Source: Camelus ferus (taxonomy: Eukaryota). From it: DNA of 64,000 bases. Positions 47,346-60,030 of the stretch are shown piece by piece (position 1 is the stretch's first letter; each line of letters starts with the position of its first letter). The notes beneath the pieces were generated by a model, which saw only the letters and a program-made list of their open reading frames with translations, did no database searches and was not told the origin of the DNA. The stretch spans positions 109,742,001 to 109,806,000 of the forward strand of contig NC_045697.1 of NCBI RefSeq assembly GCF_009834535.1, written 5' to 3'. The translations under genes and the position numbers were made by a program.

Positions 47346-48832
47346 AAATGTAAAAAAGTGTCTAAATGCTTTAAATACTTGGGAAGAGCAACCACAAAGA
47401 TTCCGCCTTTCCTCTGTCCTTCAGCTCCTAACAGTGTTCACGCAATTCTTGCTTCCGTTTTGGCAGCTGCTGGCTTGGCGTGCAGACTTCTGAGTGCCGT
47501 GACATTGAAGGAGGAAAAGATGACAAGAACAGAGTAAACTAACTCGAGAGGCTGTGGATCCTGGTGGCTTCCCAACCGAAGCCGCGGGACGTTCTGGTGC
47601 ATCGTGATGATGCTCAAAAGGAGCGGTGATGACTGGGTCTCCCCGCCCTCAGCGGCCCTGCTGTCTGGGATTGTCCCCTCACCGCTGCTGCTGCCAGGGC
47701 CTGGTCTGATGCCTACAGTCAATAGCTGAGCTGCTCACACGACTTTGCGGCGCACGATGAAGGCAGCTGGGTCCTCGCCACGAAGACTAGCTAAGCAGAC
47801 AATGGTACATCCCAGTGGCTCCGCGCATCTCCCAAGATTCGAAACATCTCCAGCCACAGAAAGTGACACAGGACGGGGAAACACAGGTCTACTTTCTTAT
47901 GTGGGTTTTGAAATCGAACCAATTGTTTAGAGCTGAGGCGCTGAAGTTCTGCAGACTCAAAGGGTGAATTACATTTATTTATTCAACAAACATTCACTGA
48001 CCATTCAATAGACGACAGGCACTAGGCAGGGTGCCAGAGGCAGACCAGGTCCCAGAGTCATAGAGCTTTCATGGTACTTTGGGAGGAGATTAGTGAAGGG
48101 AGGTAGCACAGTGATGATGCAATTTCTATCTGTCATAAACGTGAATAGGAATGTATGGTTATTTTTCAGTGAGACGTTAATTTTATTCATTTTATATCTT
48201 GAGCTGCTTCAACATAGGAGAGACTGTTTTCTCTTACCTCCAAAAGTCCAGTCCAGTGTGTTCTCATGCACTTACAGGTGTTTTATACACACTGCAATAT
48301 AATGGTATGCTTTAAATCCTCCAAGAGGAACAGCTTTCAATGTGCTGAGACGTTTGGAGTTGGAGGGGTGCTTAGGAAAACCATGAAAAGACATGTGCAT
48401 TATCACATGCGGAGAAAGAATAAAACTGCATCTTGAGAGAGGTGCGCACGTGCCAGTTCAGTTGTGTCCCTCCCCACCGGGGTGACGAACTTGAGGAACT
48501 ACGGGGAGGTGCTTGCCCGGAGCCCACACTCTGCTTCTGGTCCACATCCTGAGGACCCATAATCTCAGAATTCCCTAGACCAGTGGCCCTGAGTCCACTG
48601 CCAGTGCCTGCAAGGGCTTCTTCCATAGGTCTGTCTCTTAGAATGATGACTATGCTGTCCCCGGGTGCTGGTGTGTGCACCCATGCATACAAGACCCCCT
48701 CCAAGTATAAGATGGAGACGGGGTGAAGAGGTGGTGGCTGGACCCCTTCAGATGTTAGATATGAACCTGCGTGTAGCCTGGTGATTTTCTCATTTGGCTA
48801 AGGGACAAGGGAAGGCAAGGTGATTTTCTTGA

Positions 48833-48858
48833 GTGTGTGTGTGTGTGTGTGTGTGTGT
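48833..48858. repeat. (TG)n microsatellite
   Basis: Tandem TG. Confidence 0.9.
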
Positions 48859-49926
48859 TTAATCTTTTCAACTTTTTCCATTCCTACCCAGAGTTACCCT
48901 CGGACAATTTAGATGGAAGCAAGATATCTTTTGTTAAATAAATGATTCTGTTTATCCTCTATAGTTGAAGACTTTGGAGGAAAAAGAAACTAGAGCCCTT
49001 ATTTTGTGCATCATTGTATTCTTTGAAACAATGGATTATATCTTTATCCTACACACATTCTTAAAATAAGGACTCCATCTGGAAGGCCTAATCTTCCATG
49101 GAAATGTCTGGGTCACACATGTCCATCCAGTCTTCTGCCAAGTGCTTAACAGAGCATGCAATGGCTGGTGAGCTCTGCCGGCGTCCTCTGGAGAGACCTA
49201 AAAGGCCGAGTGGGTGCTCAAGGGAGACTGGCATGCACAACATTTGGGTCCAGCCCTGATCATTCAAGCCATTTGCTTTAAATAATTGCAATTAGACACT
49301 CTTCTCTTCTTGCCTTCTTTCTATTTTTAATGCCATTAAATTGGAAATAACTGAGGATATTTTACTCTTTCAGGTTTACAGTTTTCCTTTGGGTTTATTC
49401 CTGGCATAAAAGTTAAAATTAGACAAGAATTGCAGAAATCTTGAAATCAATCATCTAATGACTCTGTCCTCAGATAGCTCTAAGAAATACAGGAAATGCA
49501 CTCCAGGAAATCCTCCTGTGTAAGTCATGTTGTCCTAATGTCACAGCTGAGGGCAGTGTCTCTGGCTTGGAGACCTGCTGCAAAATCATGGCCTGTCAAA
49601 GCTGATGGGGGTCTGAGGGGTCATGTGGCATCACTGAGGACTAGAGAGGGCAAACGCTTGTCCGAGGTCACAGGGCAAGTGTACGGCAGGATGGGACCCT
49701 GGATTCCAGGAAGTGCTTTCCCTCTCCAGGTCATGTGACTGCAATCAATGATCAGGTGGTTCAAAGAGAAAAATCTCAGCCTTGGCCTCTGAAACCCAAA
49801 TAAAAGCTCAAAACACAATACCTTACCCTGAACCTTGTGTGAGTGTGTAAGGAATCGTTCTGAATAAATTAGGAGCTCCATTTAGGACTGATGTGACTCT
49901 TGGCTCATTCTAGCCTCTGGAATATA

Positions 49927-50565
49927 AAGTCAGTCCTTGTTATTTGCAGTAACTATGTCCTATAAAGTCACGGTGACAGTGAATTGGTGAATACCAAACC
50001 ACTGCTCCTAAGGGAAGTACAGGACTGTGTTCCTGTGAGCCTCTGGTCACATTCTCATCAACTTATGAACACACAACTTGTTTTATGTATGTTTCTGCTT
50101 AAAGACACCTTATTTAATATGTATTATTGATTAGCCGACATTGAACTCATAGCCAACAGTGGTCTATAGCTCATGCCTGAGTGAAACTTACCTAACACCC
50201 ACATTTTCTCTGTAAGGCACATCGGGCTTGTGCTTAGAAACACTTGACAACATTTCAGCACTCTGCTTGAAGGCTATTTTAAATAGCTGAATAACCAACC
50301 AGAAGCACAAACGTGTAAAAACCATGACACCAACTACCTTGAAAAGGACATTTGCTTGTAGTCTGAGAGCTGAAACAAGAAGGCAGAATGTCGGCTGGTT
50401 CAGACTCACCTGGGATCCTGTACGTTGGGGATTCAAATTTTCAACACCCCATGCATGTTCATAAATGACCACAAAAGATGCTGTGAGTATTGATTTGAGG
50501 GTTACAAATAAATTTTAGTAGGTGAGTTTGCAAATACAGAGTTTGTGAATAATGAGGACTGATTG
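49927..50565. mobile_element. Tigger3-like TcMar DNA transposon
   Basis: Terminal inverted repeats aagtcagtccttgttatttgca / tgtgaataatgaggactgattg, each flanked by TA. Confidence 0.8.
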
Positions 50566-51049
50566 TATACAAAAGCTTACATATATCACCGCATACCATA
50601 ATCTCATTCATTATTTTTTAGCTTTTAAATCTGGTTCCACAGGGAGCCCTTTCAACTCCACATGGGTGGTGTAGTTATGGTGGTAGCCTCTACCCAGGCA
50701 CCCACAAAAGCCATTCCTTGAAGTGCACATATTTCCTAATAGCTGTGTTACTGAAAGTCTCCTGATCTTTTAACCACAGAGCTTTACCAAGAGTGGGGAC
50801 CCATCCCAGGCACGCGCCCTTTTCTCTCTCCAATTAAGCTCCCTTCTTATGGGTGAAGAGATGAATATCTATGTATGCCTGCCCCAAGGATGCTGTCTCA
50901 CATGTTTTCACCTTAGCCTCACTTAGAAGTACTCAAAGTTCCATGGCTAACCACAGCCAGGTCGGTAACTTGCAAAACTTCATCTCTTGTGAGACATTTC
51001 TTCTGAGCTCCAGATCTGTTTCTCTAGTTTCCTCTTTGGCGTCTCCACC

Positions 51050-51518
51050 AGCATGACCCACGGGGATGTCAGCATGTCCAGAAGAGTTCTCATTGCTTCC
51101 TGCCCCATCCCAATGCCTAGTCCTTCTTCTCTGCCCAACTAGTCACCCGAGCTTGAAATCCAAACATTATCATTAATTTCTTCCTCTCCCTTACTGCTCT
51201 TATCAGATATCCTATGAAGTCCCACAAAATCGCCCTTTGTACTTTCTCCCCCATCTGACCACGCCTCTTCAGTGTCATTGTTACAGCTCTATTCCAGTCC
51301 GTATGGTGTTTGGCTGTCAGTTGTGCATGTCTCCAATCCTGTCTTTACACTGTTCCTAGAGTGATCTCTTGAAAACGCAGATATGACCGTATCACTCTCC
51401 TTTGACTCTCTCAGTAACTCTCTATTGACTACTGGATGCAATTTAACTTTGATAAGATCTTTCATAATTGAACTTGTTTCCTCTACTGTTTCGTCTCTCA
51501 TCACCCCTTGTGTACCAA
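51050..51518 (+). mobile_element. L2 fragment (resumes ~52741-52950)
   Basis: Degenerate L2 motifs (ctagagtgatctcttgaaaacgcagatatgacc; ctctgcctggaatattctt) split by MER21. Confidence 0.5.
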
Positions 51519-52740
51519 TGTAATACAAGATAAAATAAGATATGTCTATTTGGTCTTTGTTCCTGGTTCCTAACACAAGAGGGGACAAAACCCTTGGAAT
51601 TTCCTGATTGATGGGATGTCTTTTGTTATTCACAATCAGCCCCTTTCAACCATACAGAGTTTATGCTAATTAGATGACCCTTAGTGTGCCCGTAGACAGC
51701 TTCTGGATGGGGGCTCATTGCCAGAGGAACTAACCCTGTGGTTGGAGGGTTGGAAATTTCAACCCCACCCCTTTGCCTCTGGAGAGTTAATCACCAATGT
51801 CCAATGATTTAACCAATTATGCCTACATAAACCCCATAAAACCCCCTAAATAATAGAGAGCATCTAGATGGTGAACACATCCACAGGCTGGGAGGGGAGG
51901 GGCACAGCCCAGCTTCACAGGGACACAAGCTGCTATGCTCCGGACCCTTCCACACCTCACCCATTGTACCTCTTCATCTGGATGCTTATTTGTATCTTTT
52001 ATAATATCCTTTATAGTAAACTCGTAACAGTAAGTACATTCTTTTTTAATTGAAGTAAAGTCAATTACTATGTGTCAATTTCTGGTGCACAGCACAATGT
52101 CCCAGTCATGCATATATATGCATATATTTGTTTTCATATTCTTGTTCATTAAAAGTTATTATAAGATATTGACTATAGTTCCCTGTGCTATACAGAAGAA
52201 ATCTGTTTTCATCTAGTTTTATATGTTATGCTTAACATTTGCAAATATCAAACTCCCAAATTTATCCCTTCCCATCCCCTTTCTCCCCGTAACCATAAGA
52301 CTGTTTGCTGTGTCTGTGAGTCTGTTTCTGTTTTGTAGATGAGTTCATTAGTGTCCTCTTTTTTTCTTTTTAGATTTCACATATGAGTGCTATCTTATGG
52401 TATTTTCCTTCTTTTTCTGGCTTACCACACTTAGAATGACCATCTGTGAGCCATTCTAGCAAATGGTCAAACCCAGGGATGAAGTTGTAGGAAGCCCCGA
52501 TTTACAGCTCGTTGTTTAGCAGAAGCGCAGGAGGCTGAGGACTTGCATCTGACATCTGTGGTGGGGGCAGTCTTGTGGACTGAGCCCTTAATCTATGGGG
52601 TCTGAGCTCATTCGGGGTGGTTAGTGTAAGAACTGAATTGAAATGTAGGACACCCAGTTGGTGTTCAGAGAGTTGGAGGACTGGTGTGAAGAAACCAACA
52701 CGCTTTCACCCCTACTTGGTGCCAGAAGTGAGGAGAAACA
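51519..52740 (+). mobile_element. MER21-like ERVL LTR interrupted by L1
   Basis: tatttggtctttgttcctggttcctaacaca..aaacccttggaatttcctg, cctcacccattgtacctcttcatctgg, then tgtgagccattctagcaaat and gaactgaattgaaatgtaggacacccagttggtg. Confidence 0.8.
52040..52444 (-). mobile_element. L1 3' UTR fragment inside MER21
   Basis: ttttttaattgaagtaaagtcaattac...cacttagaatgaccatc; no TSD seen. Confidence 0.85.
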
Positions 52741-54264
52741 GATTATAACCGACTACATTCTTTGAGGTTCTTGAAACACCCCACGTTCTTCCCACCTGCT
52801 TGCTTTTACCCATGCTCTGCTCTCTGCCTGGAATATTCTTCAGGTCCTCCTTCACCTTGTGGGCTCCTACTCACTCGTCAACATGTGGCTGATGGTTTTC
52901 TGTGAAGCTTGCTTTGACATCTTCAACGTAATTAGTTCTCCCTTTGAGCTCCTAGACACCCTGGAATAAACCTTAATTCTATTACTTTATATTGGAATTT
53001 TAAAATAATGGATCTGTTTTTGGACATGTTGCGTTTTAGATGCTCAAGGTACACACAGGACAAAATACTCAGCAGGCTGTCACACAAAGTCAGGACACCT
53101 AAGTCCCATGACATAAAGCAAATGCAACAAATCCAGGGCTTTATGGCTCCCCCAAGAGCTATTATTTCATCCCTGCAGGAGAGATCTCTTTTTTTTTCCC
53201 CCCTTCTTCCTGCTTTTTGGTTATTTTCCATTCATATGGCTACGCTCATATCTGAGCCACACTGAATTAATTTGACAAATAAATGTCATGAATTAAATTG
53301 TCAAATACCCTTTCCTAAGTCCAGAGTTACAATAATTTCTGAGTGAGTACTGCTGATTTCATGCCTCCTTTTGCCTATTACACATTGAAATTATCACGCT
53401 TTCTCTCCATGAAGTTTCCAGGCACAGCTTTGAGAAAGCTGTTCTTGGTCTCATTAATCCCCCTGAGAGGACTGCCATGTTTTGTGATCACTGGGGGACC
53501 AGAGCTGGAGTCTGGGCTCAGGGGTCCCGGCCAAAGGGCAGAATAAGCGTTTCCGAGCTAGTGATTCAAGCCAAAAGCGTTGTGCTCTTAGCAATACTCT
53601 TTCCTTGGAAGACAGAAACAGCGCAGGTCGTGGTTTGTCTGATTTTATCTCCATTTCCGGGGCGGAGGGAGGCAAGGGGCAAACTACCTTTCCTGTTGCT
53701 CTTTTGTTTTTTATTTTTCTCCTCCACTGAGCCTTGAATTGTGTTATAGAATTTGCTACAGAGTAGGGAATCAAAAAAAAAAAAAAAAAAAAAGAGTCTG
53801 TGAAGCTAACCTGGGATGAATTTTTTAATACTCTGCTAGGCCCCGTTGTGTCACAATGGCAAATTCTTTCTTTGTCACTCCACCCGATGGGACTCCCATC
53901 TCATGTCAATATGCCTGTAGAAGATTTCCTAGAAAGAGGTATTTATCCTTCACTTTCACTTACACTTCCTTTGCCTGTGATTGAGCAGAAAGAAAGAGAA
54001 CCTTTAAGTTCCTGCACCGCTGCTGGGATGTCTGCCATTGTAAGTCTCCCACACTTGTTTGGAGGAAACAGGTCCATTCTTCCCACCAGCTTTGATTTGT
54101 AGCAGGCGCTTGCTCCAAAACGTCTAGAGGGAAATTCACATTACAGTTGATCAAGGTCCTCAAGTCAGTCTTTCCCCACCATAATATTCTATATATTGAA
54201 ACGTTGTTTTTGTCTATGTTTATTGCCACATTGTTCTTAGAGGCTCTCGGTTTATAAAAAATTG

Positions 54265-54371
54265 TGCGGTAGACGACTTTTCTAAGAAGCCAAGTTTGGA
54301 AATGAAGATGTCCACGGAGACAGGAAATGGTTTCGCTCCTCAGATGACGCAAAGTTGAATCCATTTGTGGT
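54265..54371. promoter_or_regulatory. Candidate enhancer (RUNX/STAT5/ETS/E-box/ATF-CEBP motif cluster)
   Basis: TGCGGT 54265, TTCTAAGAA 54280, ACAGGAAAT 54320, CAGATG 54341, TGACGCAA 54345 and TGTGGT 54366, with locally retained CpGs. Motif evidence only. Confidence 0.35.
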
Positions 54372-55035
54372 CAGGACATGGAATACTTTTTGTAAATTCT
54401 TCAAACGTCTCATCTCACTCTTTTAATTCCAATTTATGCTTTTATTACTAAAATGTCCCTTTAGTAAAGTCTAAATATTTCCTATATTCTATAGGAGAAA
54501 ATATCAGTTATATCAATGAAGAATAAAGTAATTTTTGACACTTTCTTTTCATTCTGTAAGTTTTGTCAGTATCCATCTTTCAAAATTCTGTTTAATCTAC
54601 TGAATGGTTCCCTTGTCTTCCACTTCCTGTCTTTTCCTCAGTATTTTAGGCAATATTTCTAAAAAGCCTATAATCAATCATTCTCTGATTCCCTTAGTTC
54701 TATTCACTCAGCAAAATTTCAAAGTGAAGTGAAATTAAATAAAATTTATAGTCACTGCCAAATTCCAAATTTACTGACCTAGCCAAATGGACTTAGAAAA
54801 TATTCTTCATTATAAACTTAATTTTTTTCCTATTGGTTAAAAATTCTTTCCAAAGGATGTCAGACAAATAATACAGAGGGAAACAATTTTTAGTGTTATC
54901 TAATTAATATATTAGACAAATCGAGGTTCTTATGATGCAGACCTCTGTTTATTTAAACAAAGAAGCAGAAAAATAAGTATAAAGTGAACTACATAAAATA
55001 TAAGAAATGTGTGTGATTAAAAATAAGTCTTTTCT

Positions 55036-56090
55036 GTGGGAGAAAATTTTTGCAAATGATGCGATTGACAAGGACTTAATTTCCAGAATATACAAACAGC
55101 TCATACAACTTAACAACAAATAAACAAACAACCCAATCCAAAAATGGGCAGAAGACCTAAACAAGAAATTCTCCAGTGAAGACATACAAGTAGCCAACAG
55201 GCACATGAAAAAATGCTCAATATTGTTCATTATCAGAGAAATGCAAATCAAAACTACAATGGGGTATCACCTCACACCAGTCAGAATGGCCATCATTCAA
55301 AAATCCACAAATGATAAATGCTGGAGAGGGTGTGGAGAACAGGGAACCCTCCTACACTGTTGGGAATGTAGTTTGGTGCAGCTATTATGGATAACAGTAT
55401 GGAGATTCCTTTAAAAACTAAAAATAGACTTACCATATGATCCAGCAATCTCACTCCTGAGCATATATCTGGAAGAAACTCTAATTCAAAAAGACACCAG
55501 CACCCCAATGTTCACAGCAGCACTATTTACAATAGCCAAGACATGGAAGCAACCTAAGTGTCCATCAATAGATGACTGGGTAAAGAAGCTGTGGTATATT
55601 TATACAATGGAATACTACTCAGCCATAAAAAAGAATAAAATAATGCCATTTGCAGCAACATGAATGGACCCAGAGATTGTCATTCTAAGTGAAGTAAGCC
55701 AGAAAGAGAAATAAAAATATCATATGGTATCACCCATATATGGAATCTTAAAAAAATGAGACAAATGAACTCATCTACAAAACAGAAAGACTCACAGACA
55801 TAGAAAACAAACTTATGGTTACTGGGGGGAAGGGGGTGGGGAGCGATAAACTGGCAGTTTGAGATGTGCAGATACTAACTACTATATATAAAATAGATAA
55901 ACAACAAGTTTCTACTGTACAGCATGGGAAACTATATTCAATATCTCATAATAACCTTTAATGAAAAAGAATATGAAAAGGAATATATGTATGTATATGG
56001 ATAACTAAATCACTATGTATACCAGAAATTAATACAACACTGTAAACTGACTATACTTCAATTTAAAAAATGGAGATGCAAAAAAAGAGG
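55036..56090 (+). mobile_element. 5'-truncated L1 (ORF2 C-terminus + 3' UTR)
   Basis: [45 protein letters not shown] followed by the full 3' UTR and an A-rich tail. Confidence 0.92.
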
Positions 56091-58330
56091 GAAAAAAACC
56101 CTCTATTCCATTGACTCACCCTTTTGCAGTTTTTCTAGCCAAAGAGAGCAAATAGGTTATTCTTGTGAGTTTACAGGTTAAATTGAAGTGGAAACATTTT
56201 ATAGGCTTTATTGTACTGATTGGTCATAAGTACGAGTCTTAGGCTGGACAGTCAGTAGGACAATTCTGACCCATCCCAGAGGATGTTTGCGAGTTACTTG
56301 GGTTCTTCCCATGCCCGTGTTCAAATCATGTGCTTGCTTTTAGGCTCTGTAACATTTTCACCAATATGTGTTGGGTTCTTTCTGCTAAGAACAATAAACT
56401 CATTCCTCTGTGTATATTTAAAGCAAAATAAATACTAATTTATTTTTCCCCAAATCGAGGTTGGCATTATCAATAGCTAGCTAACGCAGCATTTGATAAG
56501 GACTAGATTAGCCCTGATGTGCTCTCAGTTTGTTTACCTTGGACTAAGGCAGTCTCAACAATGAGCTTGGTTTTGAAATAATGGATTTGAAATAAATAGG
56601 ACATTTTAGTAGAATTTCAAATATTAAAAAAATAAAACCAACTTGGCTTCAGCTCCTGGAAAGGAGATCATATTCTTTTTCAAATGTTATTGTTAAAAGT
56701 GCAATGTATTGTTATCTTGTTTGTGATGATCAGGAGAAAGTTTGAAGGGATAATGGTGCATCACTTTTTGAGTGTAATTTCCTCATATCTGAAATGAGAT
56801 TAGCAACTAGATGATTTACAAAGTTCCTTTCAGAGATATGAATCTAGTATGGAGCTGTATTTGAGAAAAAAAGCAAAACCAGGAACATCTCCACAGTCAT
56901 ATAGGATTTAAAAGACCATTTTGCCTCTTGAGTGGAAAAAAAAATAGAAACATTAAGTTATGAGCAGATTAAAGGAATTACAGACATAGATCATTGTCAA
57001 TAAAATAACTTACATAGGCTTCTGTGTGTGCCAATATTCCATCACATGAATTAAATATGACTACAAGTCTGGCTGAATTTGGTTATCTCCATGGTCCCAA
57101 ACACAAGGGATTGGAGAGTTCCATGTTGCTGCCTTTTTCAGGCCAATCTTGATACTATGGTTAATTGCAGTGACAACATCCTTTGTGCAAATATACTGCA
57201 GCTGATAGGGACAAAGTGTCTGTCAACCAGTAAGCTGAACGCGTAATGCCAAGAGAGGGACAGCGTGTGTTAGGTCTCCAGGATACATCACTAGCGTAAC
57301 GGGGCTCCATTAAAGAGATAAGGCTAGTCCAGACATTCTGAAATGATGGGAACAATTGCCCAGAGGGCTTTTCTCATGCCTCACCCCTACCCCGGCTTCA
57401 TTAATCAGAAAAAGAGACCCAAGCCCCGACCAAGGACTACGGTTCACATTAAGTGGAAGAATCCTAGTTTTTCCATCTCTAATTTCTACGATTGTGCAAA
57501 TTTAAAATTAAAAACATTGGGAACATTCAAAATGTTCGTCATGTATTTTTTAAGCCACAATAACAGCTCAATGTAGTACATTATGTACAGAGAAGAGAGA
57601 GAAAATAACTTAATACCAGCTTTATGAAATTAACTGACTCCAGATAGAGAACTAGCTACCAGGTCAGGTTCCAAGTTTTTGTCTTAAGTATTAATAGTCT
57701 TTTCAAAAAAAAGAAAATTGATTCTTGAAGAGTCGAAGGAGCTCAGCGATGCCCCAAGCACATGCATAGTTTACATGGACACTCTGCCCCTCACAACATG
57801 AACATAATTGGACACACATCTACTTAATGCAATGATTTTTGGAAACAATTTTATTTCTTTCTCAGCGTCTTGTTGAAGTCCAATCCTCCCAATATCTCTT
57901 TCTGAATCTCTCCCTCTCTCCCTCTCCCTTTTTAGTAATAAGCTGTTTCCTGTTCTTACTATCTGAACCGGGATCACCCCAAAATTTGATTATGTATTCA
58001 GACATTCCAAGGTACCTGTTTTTTTTATGGCAAGTGATGAACAGATATCACAAAATGTGATGACAATGTCATGAGATGTTTAAAAATAACAAACATGTAG
58101 AGATTTAAAAGTGAAATGAATAGTGTTTCCATCAAAGCAGTCATCTTTGGAGACAAGATGTTTGGAATATGCTCCAAACAATTTTTGAACTTCCATTTTT
58201 GGAAAGTACTTCAGAGCCAATGAATGAGCAATTCCAAAAAATTGCTCTCATGGTTATACAGTCTATCTTTTGTCCTAAAAGACATGTTACCTAGCTTGAT
58301 TATCTGCCTTGTGCAGCAGACTTGACTCCT

Positions 58331-58372
58331 TTATTAGTCAGGGTTTGGGCCAGAAACATATTACTGATTCAC

Positions 58373-58407
<35 letters not shown>

Positions 58408-58725
58408 CTGAGGAGTCTTTAATAAAGGGTCTATTTACAAAAGATGTGAGGATAATGGGAAATCAACAAGGGATAGAGGGGAGCCCTTGTGCTCCATGGA
58501 GCTGGGGACTTTGGAGGAGGAAGGCAGCCACATCTCTGAGCTTACACTCTTCTTTGACTGCCAATTTCTGATGGTGTTTCCCTTTGGCCAAACTTGAGAG
58601 AAAGCCAGAGAGCTGGGGAGCCTTGGGACAGCCCATGTGGATCAGCCTCCCAGGACACAGAGCAGAGTGGAGAGGCGTGAAGAGTGGTACTGGAGGGGCA
58701 GATGGAGACCATGCAGCCCAGCCAT
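58331..58725 (-). mobile_element. Ancient ERVL LTR (LTR33/41-like) containing (TG)n at 58375-58406
   Basis: tattagtcagggtt (reverse of ...ccctgactaata) and cctttggccaaac..gaaagccagagag..gatcagcctcccaggacacagagcag. Confidence 0.55.
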
Positions 58726-59624
58726 TTATGACTTTCATCTATTAACAGTAATCTAGCTCACTCCACTGAGGACTTTTGGAGGATGGGGTGTGGCTTCTGA
58801 AGGCAGCTTTAAGGGAAGGGTCTCTTACATAAACCAAGAATGTAAACCTACTGGAGTAAGTATGCAGCCATCAGAAGAAATGAATATGTTTTAGTTTATT
58901 TTTTTTTCACAATTCAGCCTTATTCCTTTATGGTCATGATTTGTCTTTTGATTGGAAAACATTTGAATGGCTTTTGATCCATATAACCTATGACATTTTC
59001 ATAGTCTGTTAGGTAGAGCAAATGTATTCTTTGTTGAGACTTGTAAGAGAGAATGGAAAAATACAAAATGTCGCATTGAAAGTACATGTATCTCTTCTTT
59101 ATGGAGTCATCTGCCTTCATTGGCTTTGTACGTAAGTGAAATAGTCCTGAAAGTCTAACTTGGATTTGGCAATACAGGGATTAAAAGCAAAAATTGTATA
59201 TATGTATCTGTTAATAATTCAAATCTGCCTGCTCTTGGCAGTTTTTACTTCATTGAACTGATTTCAGTGCATTGGCAGGCTTGAGGATCTTTTATTTTTT
59301 GCTGGAAATTAGGAACACGGGCAGTGATTAGAATGTCAGAGATAGAAAAGACAAATTATACTGAATGTGCTTTGGAAAGCACTGGAAGTGTTGGTCCCCA
59401 AGGCTTGACTTGCTGGCTTTGGGTTTGGATTACCAAACTGGGCTTCTAATTCTCTGGTCTGATCAGGTCATTTCTCATTAAAAACAGGAAATTTTATTCA
59501 TGGTCACTATGACTGATGATTGAATAAAAAGTGGTTCAAAAATTTTAAATGGGACACCAAGAGGAGGTGTTTACTGTACTATCTCTCAGGTGAATTGGGT
59601 TAGAATAAAATGTGTTCTCAAAAC

Positions 59625-60030
59625 TTGTCTTTGGCTGTAAGAAATATCCAGGTCCAGAGGGTTGCAGTGGTGAATTTTAGTAAATATTTGAGGAAGAAAG
59701 ACCAATATTACACAAACTTTTTCAGGAAACAGAAGATTTGACTTCGTCCCTATGGGCTTTAGAGACCAACATAACCCTGATGCTAAAATCTGTCAAAATT
59801 TTGCAAAAAAAGCAAAGAAAACTGCAAACCAATATCCCTCATGAACATAGATACCAAAGATTTCATAAAATATCAGCATATTAAATCCAATAACATGTAA
59901 AAAGATATGACAAAGTAGGAGTTATCCTAGAAATGCAAGTTTCCTTTAATTCTTGAAAGGCAGTGAATATAATTCACATTTATCAAATATAAAAAAGAAA
60001 AATCATATAATCTTTTAAATAGGTGCAAAA
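59625..60030 (+). mobile_element. Old L1 ORF2 fragment (RT N-terminal part)
   Basis: ccaggtccagagggttgcagtggtgaattt (PGPDGFTGEF-like), ataaccctgatgctaaaa, ccaatatccctcatgaacatagat (PISLMNID). Confidence 0.8.
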
